From NCBI RefSeq assembly GCF_006345805.1, contig NW_021824628.1, positions 1-17,918 on the forward strand: a stretch of DNA of 17,918 bases, read 5' to 3'. Positions 10,589-17,918 of this stretch are shown piece after piece. The number at the start of each line of letters is the position of its first letter. Position 1 is the first letter of the stretch. The notes under the pieces were generated by a model, which made no database searches, had not been told where the DNA came from, and worked only from the letters and a program-made list of their open reading frames with translations. Source of the stretch: Octopus sinensis (Eukaryota). The translations under genes were made by a program, and so were the position numbers.

Positions 10589-10892
10589 TTATTATTATTA
10601 TTGAGAGAGCAGTGCGTGCCATCAAAGCAACACTGGGGTAAAATATACGAAGCCCAGTATACCCATCATGACTACCCATCTGATAAGGGTACACTAGGCA
10701 CATGCATCACAACCATATGTGTACAACATGGTGATCTCATATCAAGATACACAACACATGACCTTGCAGGTGAGGGCCCAGTTAGAATTTTCTTCAGGTC
10801 AAGTAGCCCATCCTGCTCAAAAGGTCTCTGAATAAGGGTTGTTGAAGGATGATGAACAAAACACCAATGTTTCCGGGAGTGAATTATTCAAA
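10589..10892 (-). mobile_element. Probable 3' fragment of a non-LTR element with (TAA)n tail
   Basis: Complex sequence ending on the minus strand in TAA repeats (TTATTATTATTATT at 10589-10602); no second copy in window, family not assignable. Confidence 0.3.
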
Positions 10893-10932
10893 TTATCGTT
10901 ATCATCATCATTATTATTATTATTACTATTTT

Positions 10933-11655
10933 AAGGTGGCGAGCTGGTAAAATCATTAGTACACTGAACAAAATGCTTAGTGGCATTTCGACTGTCACTA
11001 TATTCATCATCATCATCATCATCATTATCATCATCATCATCATCATCATCATCGTTTAACGTCCGCTTTCCATGCTAGCATGGGTTGGACGATTTGACTG
11101 AGGACTGGCGGACCAGATGGCTGCACCAGGCTCCACTCTGATCTGGCAGAGCTTCTACAGCTGGATGCCCTTCCTAATGCCAACCACTCCGAGAGTGTAG
11201 TGGGTGCTTTTACGTGCCACCGGCACTAGGGCCAGTCAGGCAGTACTGGCGATGGCCATGCTCAAATAATGTTTTTTTACATGCCACCTGCACAGGTGCC
11301 AGTCCAGCGGCACTGGCAACGACCTCGCTTGAATGTTTTTCCACGTGCCACCAGCACAAGTGCCAGTAAGGTGATGCTGGTAATGATCACACTCAAATGG
11401 TGCTTTTTACGTGCCCCCAGCACGGAAGCCAGTTTGCTGCTCTGGCAACGATCACGCTCAGACGGTGCTCTTAGTGCTCCACTAGCACGGATGCCAGTCA
11501 TCGAATTTGCTCAGTTCAAATTCCGCTGGGGCTGAGTTTCTCTTATACCCTTTCAGGATCGATAAATTAAGTACCAGTTAAGTATTGGAGTCAATGTAAT
11601 CAATTACCCCTCTCCCCCAAATTTCAGGCCTTGTGCCTATAGGAAAAAGGGTTAT
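10933..11655 (+). mobile_element. SINE family B2, split by insertion of family C (pieces 10933-11005 and ~11510-11655)
   Basis: Head AAGGTGGCGAGCTGG...TATATTC resumes as CTCAGTTCAAATTCCGC...GATAAATTAAGTACCAG; tail CCCCAAATTTCAGGCCTTGTGCC differs from B1. Confidence 0.85.
11005..11509 (-). mobile_element. SINE-like family C with (GAT)n tail and five internal ~65-bp subrepeats
   Basis: (CAT)n at 11005-11053; homologous to 2309-2584; TTTTACGTGCCACC(G/A)GCAC-type motif at about 11207, 11272, 11336, 11404, 11468. Confidence 0.87.
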
Positions 11656-11799
11656 TATCAAGGCAGCTTATATCGTCTATCACTACATTGTGGGTGTTAA
11701 ACAGGCACAAAGACACACCAAAGAAATTTTGTGGCATTGGGTGGGTCAGCACACCCGATACAGCAACCACCATATGCCACTGATGGGTAGATGGGTGGA

Positions 11800-12139
11800 T
11801 ACATACATACATACATACTTGGACAGATAGATAGATAGATAAAAAGACAGATAGTACATAGATAGACAGACACATGCATACATATATACATACTTAGACA
11901 GACAGACAGATGGACAGATGGACGGATGGATGAATGGATAGAAAGACAGACAGATAGACAGACAGATATATCAACAGAAAGACAGATAGATAGAGATAGA
12001 TCGATCGATCAATAGATAGATAGATAGATAGACAGACAGATATATCAACAGACAGATAGACAGATAGATAGACAGACTGATAGATAGACAGAAAGACGGA
12101 CTGATATATAGAGAGGCAGAGTGATAGATAGATAGATAC

Positions 12140-12184
<45 letters not shown>

Positions 12185-12375
12185 TAGATAGATAGACAGA
12201 CAGATAGACAGACAGACAGACAGATGGACAGACGGACGGACGGACAGACAGACAGACAGACACATGCATATATACATACATGGACAGATAGATACATACA
12301 TACATACGTACATGAATAGATAAATAGATTGACAGGAAGGCAGGTAGGTAGTTAGATGGATAGATAGATAGAGAT
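11800..12375. repeat. (AGAC/AGAT)n tetranucleotide microsatellite
   Basis: Direct inspection. Confidence 0.95.
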
Positions 12376-12480
12376 ATGGATATGTGCGTGTGTCTGTGTG
12401 TGAGCACACGCATGTGTTCGTGTGTGTGTGCCCACGAGTGCATGTGTGCGTGTATGTGCATGTGTGTATATGTGTGAGCT

Positions 12481-12682
12481 TGTGTTTGTGTTTCCATTTG
12501 TCCCACTCCACCTCTTGACAACCGGTGTTGGTATGTTTATGTCCCTGTAACTTAACCGTTGGACCAAACAAATCGAAAATAAGTTACCAGACTTTAAAAA
12601 GGACTAAGTACCCTGATTCGCGTCTTTTGATTAAAACTCTTTGAGGTAGTGCTCCAGCATGGCCACATTGGAATGACTAAAA
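12481..12682 (+). mobile_element. Diverged 3' part of a SINE A-related element
   Basis: CTTGACAACCGGTGTTGGTATGTTTATGTCCCTGTAACTTA...GTGCTCCAGCATGGCCACA...AATGACT matches 2868-3020. Confidence 0.8.
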
Positions 12683-12809
12683 TTTAATTGCAATCACAAA
12701 CAAATATAATTCCGGATTCCATACACTAATTAGAAATATAATTATATGATGTAAATCTAACGAATTCTTCCTCGTTGTATTTTCCTAGTTGTATTTATAG
12801 CTTCAAGGT

Positions 12810-13560
12810 CGTGGTGATTGAAGACATTCCAGCTGTGACCATCCCATTTTTTTTATTCAGGTATTATATAATGTCATGTGTAGTGTAATATCCATCCTTG
12901 TGTTTGTTGTTCAGCCCCAGGTCAATCCTGATCCAATGGACCTATGATCAAAGATGCTCCAGTTGTGACCATCCTGTCTTTTATTCAGGCATAGTGTATC
13001 TAGGACTACATTATCCTTGTTGTTTAGCCCCAGGTCAGTTCTGATTCAACTTACAACCAAAAATGTTTCCACTGTGACCATCCTGCCTTCTACTCAGGCA
13101 TGGTGTACCTAGGCATCGTGTACCTAAGACTACATTTTCTAATGTGTCCTTTCTTGTTATTGTTTAATCCTAGGTCAGTCATGATTGAACAGACCTATGA
13201 TCAAAGCTGTTCCAGCTGTGACCATCCTGTCTTTTATTCAGACATCATGTATCTAGGACTACATCATCAACTGTGTCCTTCTTTGTTGCTATTGTTGTTT
13301 AGCCCCAGGTCAGTCTTAATCCAGCAGACTTATGATCAAAGCTGTTCCAGCTGTGACCATCCTGTCTTTTATTCACACATGGGGTATCTAGGACTACATT
13401 AATTAATGTGACCTTCCTTGTTGATGTTGTTTAGCCCCAGGTCAGTCTCAGTCTAGCAGATTCCTGATCAATAATGCTCCAGCTGTGGCCACCCTGTCTT
13501 ATTTTCATACATAGTTTATCTTGGACTACATTATCCAATGTGTCCTTCTTTGTTTTTGTC
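12810..13560. repeat. Family D tandem array 2: ~5-6 units, inverted relative to array 1
   Basis: TTTAGCCCCAGGTCAGT...TATGATCAAAG...TTCCAGCTGTGACCATCCTGTCTTTTATTC...CTAGGACTACA units are reverse complements of the 7125-8020 units. Confidence 0.92.
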
Positions 13561-13698
13561 AGTCTTGCTCCAAATTTTCACTTCTAAATTTACTCTCGTA
13601 AACACTAGACAAGAACAGGCTATGAGATGCCCACACTAGATGAAATTCATGGTTGAATGATTTACAGACACATAACTTGCCAGCTATAGTAATTATAC

Positions 13699-13913
13699 AT
13701 TTTTTTTTATTGCCCACAGGGGGCTAAATATAGAGGGGACAAACAAGGACAGATGAAGTCAATTACATCAACCCCAGTGCGTAACTGGTACTTATTTAAT
13801 TGACCCCGAAGGCAAAGTCAACCTCGATGGAAATTGAACTCAGAATGTAATGGCAGACGAAATACTGCTAAGTATTTCGCCCAGAATGCTAACGATTCTG
13901 CCAGCTTGCTGCC
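13699..13913 (-). mobile_element. SINE family B1 with 15-bp target-site duplication
   Basis: Homologous to 4652-4883; CTATAGTAATTATAC at 13684-13698 and 13914-13928. Confidence 0.93.
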
Positions 13914-14001
13914 CTATAGTAATTATACCAGTTAAGATAATGATTGTGATAATTAATTATATTTATGCAAATAATACTAATAAATATAATTATAGTAATA
14001 A

Positions 14002-14033
14002 CTAGACTACCCGTGACCCATTGGGTCACTGGT
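14002..14033 (-). mobile_element. Helitron-like 3' terminus (hairpin + CTAG followed by T)
   Basis: Minus strand ACCAGTGACCCA-A-TGGGTCACGGGT-AGT-CTAG|T. Confidence 0.5.
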
Positions 14034-14163
14034 GAAGTCCGAGGTTTCCCAGCAACGGAGTTTTGTTTTGAAGGTTTTTCTTTTGTTTTCCAGGTTGTTT
14101 TGCATGCTTTCAACGAATGTGACATTGAAATCACGCGTAAACATCTCCTTTCCCTAGAAAGGG

Positions 14164-14530
14164 AAAGATTTGGCTGTTATTTCTTGCACACCCTGCCACC
14201 ATGTAACAGGTATTTCAAGTCCTGAAGGCGGCGAGCTGGCAGAAACGTTAGCACGCCGGGTGAAATGCTTAGCGGTATTTCGTCTGCGTTACGTTGTGAG
14301 TTCAAATTCCGCCGAGGTCAACTTTGCCTTTCATCCTTTCGGGGTCGATAAATTAAGTACCAGTTACGCACTGGGATCGATGTAATCGACTTAATACCTA
14401 TGTCTGTCCTTGTTTGTCCCCTCTGTGTTTAGCCCCCAGTGGGTAATAAAGAAATAGGTATTTCAAGTCCTTTATTGCAAATAGCTGTTATGTGGTAACA
14501 GGGCGTGCTAGAAATAGCAACCAAATCTTT
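14164..14530. mobile_element. Fold-back/MITE-like element (52-bp imperfect inverted arms) with a SINE inserted in its centre
   Basis: 14164-14215 versus reverse complement of 14479-14530: 43 of 52 positions identical by hand count. Confidence 0.7.
14224..14455 (+). mobile_element. SINE family B1, full length, 16-bp target-site duplication
   Basis: AGGTATTTCAAGTCCT at 14208-14223 and 14456-14471; intact head and GAGTTCAAATTCC B-box. Confidence 0.95.
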
Positions 14531-14604
14531 TGAGGTGAGATACGTTGAACGCACTCAAAAGAAACTTATATCTGTCAGTATGTCTTTCCATTGATCCGTC
14601 TCTT

Positions 14605-14806
14605 TATCTATTTATCTATCTATCTATCCATCTATCTATCCATCTGTCTATCCATCCATCCAGCCAGCCGGCTGTCAGTTTCTTTATCTATCTATCTACC
14701 TACCTACCTACCTATCGATCTATCTACCTACCTATCTATCTATCAATCTATCTATCTACCTACCTATCTATCTATCTATCTGTCTCTCTCTCTCACTCTA
14801 TCTGTC

Positions 14807-14841
<35 letters not shown>

Positions 14842-15215
14842 CCTACCTACCTACCTACCTACCTATCTATCTATCTATCTGTCTGTCTATTTTTTATTTT
14901 ATTTATTTTTTTTTTGTTCTTTTCTTCCCTTTTACGATCCCTCTTGATGGAAAACCTACGCCACCCCATTTTTTTTTTGTTTCTTTTGTTTTTTGCTTTT
15001 TTCATCCCCCAAAAGAAAAGCTCTACCTTGTAACTTGTCCCATCTGTGTGCAGCCCTGTGTGGCCAATAAAGAAACTTATCTACCTACCTATCTATCTAT
15101 CTGTCTCTCTCTCTCATTCAATCTATCTGTCTGTCTATCCATTTCTCTCTCTATCTCCCCCTCTCTCTCTGTCAATCTATCTACCCACCTACCTACCTGC
15201 CTACCTACCTGTCTA
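14605..15215. repeat. (TCTA/CCTA)n microsatellite blocks (14605-14890, 15078-15215)
   Basis: Direct inspection. Confidence 0.93.
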
Positions 15216-15482
15216 TTGGTTTGTGAGTCTACCAATCTAAGGACAGTACTTCTTGCTGTCCTCATCTGCCCCCTCCCCCCCGCCGTCTCGTGGCATCTGT
15301 CATCCATCATCCGTCCCGTACTCCATCACTCTGCTCCCCTTTTTCTTTCTGTGCACCCCACCCACCCACAGTTATCAATTCTTTATTTGTTCCCACCCCC
15401 AGTTCTTTTCTTTCTCCTTTGCTCTCTGCATATACATGGGAACAAGTGCATGTCTATGGGCGTGTATGCAAATGCATGTGCA

Positions 15483-15491
15483 TGTGTGTGT

Positions 15492-15532
<41 letters not shown>

Positions 15533-15543
15533 TGTGTGTGTGT

Positions 15544-15575
<32 letters not shown>

Positions 15576-15580
15576 CTGTG
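15483..15580. repeat. (TG)n microsatellite
   Basis: Direct inspection. Confidence 0.97.
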
Positions 15581-15587
15581 TATGTAT

Positions 15588-15748
15588 CTGGACAGGGCGA
15601 TGTGTTGTGTTCTTGAGCAAAACACTTCATTTCACGTTGCTCCAGTCCACTCAGCTGGCAAAAATAAGTAACGCTGCGATGGACTGGCGTCCCGTCCAGC
15701 TGGGGAGCACATACGCCATAGAAACCAGGAAACCGGGGCCCATGAGCC
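15588..15748 (+). mobile_element. SINE family E, 5'-truncated copy forming a tail-to-tail inverted repeat with the adjacent array
   Basis: 15588-15718 is the imperfect reverse complement of 15749-15879. Confidence 0.85.
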
Positions 15749-16503
15749 TGGCGTATGTGTTCCCCAGCTGGATGGGACGCCAGTCCATTGCAGTGAAACT
15801 CGTTTTTGCCAGCTGAGAGGACTGGAGCAACGTGAAATGAAGTGTTTTGCTCAAGAACACAACGCGTCACCCTCTCCAGGAATCGAAACCACAATCTTAC
15901 GATCATGATGCTGACACCCTAATCCATTGCAGCGTTACTCGTTTTTGCCAGCTGAGTGGACTGGAACAACATGAAATGAAGTGTTTTGCTCAAGAACACA
16001 ACGCGTCACCCGTCCAGGAATCGAAACCTCAATCTTACAATCAATGCTGACACTGACACCCTAATCCATTGCAGCGTTACTCGTTTTTGCCAGCTGAGTG
16101 GACTGGAACAACATGAAATGAAGTGTTTTGCTCAAGAACACAACGCGTCACCCTGTCCAGGAATCGAAACCTCAATCTTACAATCATGATGCTGACACCC
16201 TAATCCATTGCAGCGTTACTCATTTTTGCCAGCTGAGTGGACTGGAACAACATGAAATGAAGTGTTTTGCTCAAGAACACAACGCGTCACCCTGTCCAGG
16301 AATCGAAACCACAATCTTACGATCATGATGCTGACACCTTAATCCATTGCAGCGTTACTCATTTTTGCCAGCTGAGTGGACTGGAACAACATGAAATGAA
16401 GTGTTTTGCTCAAGAACACAACACGTCACCCTGTCCAGGAATTGAAACCACAATTTTACAATCATGATGCTGACACCCTAACCACTAAGCCACATGCCTC
16501 CAC
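15749..16503 (-). repeat. Tandem array of five ~139-bp units derived from the 5' half of tRNA-SINE family E
   Basis: Units start (CCATTGCAG) at 15785, 15924, 16066, 16205, 16344; minus-strand head GTGGAGGCATGTGGCTTAGTGGTTAGGGTG (A-box) only at 16503-16474; a GTTTC(G/A)ATTCC B-box-like motif in every unit. Confidence 0.93.
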
Positions 16504-16667
16504 ATAATAAAAAGAAATAATAATAATAATTTATATATTCATTTTGTAAGATTCTTGATGTGAATTCGTATGTTGAAACAGATATTGTTGTATTTGGGGA
16601 TGGTCATGTTGCCAGTTTAGCCAATGAAGACACATGCACGATATATTTGGTGTCCACTTGCTTTAGC

Positions 16668-17104
16668 TTTACTCTCTCTCTCTTTTACTCTTTTACTTGT
16701 TTCAGTCATTTGACTGCAGCCATGCTGGAGCACCACCTTTAATCGAGCAACTTGACCCAGGGACTTATTCTTTGTAAGCCCAGTACTTATTCTTTGTAAG
16801 CCCAGTACTTATTCTATCGGTCTCTTTGGCCAAACCGCTAAGCGAGGGGACATAAACACACCAGCATCGGTTGTCAAGCAATGCTAGGGGGACAAACACA
16901 GACACACAAACACACACGCACATATATATATACATATATACGACGGGCTTCTTTCAGTTTCCGTCTACCAAATCCACTCACAAGGCTTTGGTCGGCCTGA
17001 AGCTATAGTAGAAGACACTTGCCCAAGGTGCCATGCAGTGGGACTAAACCCGGAACCATGTGGTTGGTAAGCAAGCTACTTACCACACAGCCACTCCTGC
17101 GCCT
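16668..17104 (-). mobile_element. SINE family A, full length, with internal 22-bp tandem duplication
   Basis: Reverse complement of the 2667-3038 family; ACTTATTCTTTGTAAGCCCAGT twice at 16763-16806. Confidence 0.94.
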
Positions 17105-17127
17105 TTATTTTATATTAATCTTATTTC

Positions 17128-17171
17128 GGCCAGAGTTCTTTCGTCACACTTCTGTGACCTCATCAGTGGTC
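17128..17171 (-). ncRNA. Minimal type-I hammerhead ribozyme motif with canonical core
   Basis: Minus strand GACCA-CTGATGA-G-GTCACA-GAAG-TGTGAC-GAAA-GAAC-T-C-TGGCC: CUGAUGA and GAAA boxes, perfect 6-bp stem II, stem I GACCA/TGGCC (1 mismatch), predicted CUC cleavage triplet. Confidence 0.75.
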
Positions 17172-17264
17172 CTTTGCTTTCTTCTTTCTTTTTTGTGTGT
17201 CTTTCCTTACTAACGATCAGCTAAACTGGCAACATGACCATCCCCAAATACAACAATAACAATC

Positions 17265-17447
17265 ATTTCTACTAAAGGTACAAGGCCTGAAATTTTGGGG
17301 AGGGATCTCGTTGATTATATTGATCTCAGTACGTAACTGGTACACGTTTCATTGGCTCCAAAAACATGAAAGCCTGTCAGCACCTCGGCAGATTTTGAAC
17401 TCAGAGCATAAAGGTAGACAAAATGCTGCAAAGTGTTTCACCTGGCA
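17265..17447 (-). mobile_element. Diverged SINE family B2
   Basis: ACAAGGCCTGAAATTTTGGGGAGGG...AACTGGTAC...TTTGAACTCAGA is the reverse complement of the B2 body and tail. Confidence 0.8.
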
Positions 17448-17849
17448 TACTCTTTTACTCTTTTACTTGTTTCAGTCATTTGATTGCGGCCATGCTGGAG
17501 CACCTCCTTTAGTCGAGCAAATCGACCCCAGGACTTATTCTTTGGAAGCCTAGTACTTATTCTATCGGTCTCTTTTGCCAAACCACTAAGTTATGGGGAC
17601 GTAAACACACCAGCATCGGTTGTCAAGCAATGCTAGGGGGACAAACACATACACACACACACACATATATATATATATACATATATGACAGGCTTCTTTC
17701 AGTTTCCGTCTACCAAATCCACTCACAAGGCTTTGGTTGGCCCGAGGCTATAGTAGAAGACATTTGCCCAAGGTGTCACACAGTGAGACTGAACCCAGGT
17801 CCATTTGGTTGGTAAGCAAGCTGCTTACCACACAGCCACTCCTGCGCCT
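17448..17849 (-). mobile_element. SINE family A, full length
   Basis: Near-colinear with 16668-17104. Confidence 0.94.
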
Positions 17850-17854
17850 CCTAC

Positions 17855-17918
17855 TAATAATAACAATGATAATAATAACAATGATAATAATAACAATGAT
17901 AATAATAATAATAATAAT
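17855..17918. repeat. (AAT/AAC/GAT)n microsatellite
   Basis: Direct inspection; runs off the window end. Confidence 0.9.

Larger units (their letters stand above)
16540..17258 (-). mobile_element. Putative Penelope-like terminal remnant with hammerhead motif and 39-bp inverted duplication, interrupted by SINE A
   Basis: 16583-16621 and 17220-17258 are perfect reverse complements; hammerhead core at 17128-17171; SINE A occupies 16668-17104. Left boundary approximate. Confidence 0.65.

Noticed and set aside
11200-11500. Palindromic repeats with variable spacers as a CRISPR-like array
   Set aside because: Intervening sequences resemble each other and the array lies inside a dispersed repeat with a (GAT)n tail.
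15847-16467. Repeated 66-67 aa ORFs (MLKNTTRHP...)
   Set aside because: Antisense translations of SINE-derived tandem units with non-ATG starts; unit length 139 is not a multiple of 3.
16420-16503. SINE heads (families A, B, E) as additional tRNA genes
   Set aside because: A/B boxes are present but no complete cloverleaf; each continues into a SINE body.
17171-17218. Minus-strand peptide IVSKERHTKK faintly recalling the C-terminus of some Penelope-like ORFs
   Set aside because: Too short and low-complexity to support without a profile search.

Overview
Repeat-saturated, apparently non-coding animal DNA (intron or intergenic). The microsatellite load and SINE types look like an octopus/coleoid cephalopod genome; this is inferred from pattern recognition, not from a search. 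No credible protein-coding gene is present: the long ORFs are translations of microsatellites or of SINE/minisatellite repeats. Supported content: one near-canonical tRNA-Pro(TGG) at 2586-2657, fused to a SINE and sitting inside another repeat; multiple copies of four SINE or SINE-like families (labelled A, B, C, E here), two with clean 15-16 bp target-site duplications and several nested; two oppositely oriented arrays of a ~120-140 bp unit (family D); a SINE-derived 139-bp tandem array attached to a 131-bp-arm inverted repeat; a fold-back element; and Helitron-like termini. The most unusual signal is three sequence-unrelated minimal hammerhead-ribozyme-like motifs (3225-3259 +, 8596-8630 +, 17128-17171 -). 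Two lie in structures with inverted duplications typical of Penelope-like retroelement ends, and two carry the same U4-to-C core variant.
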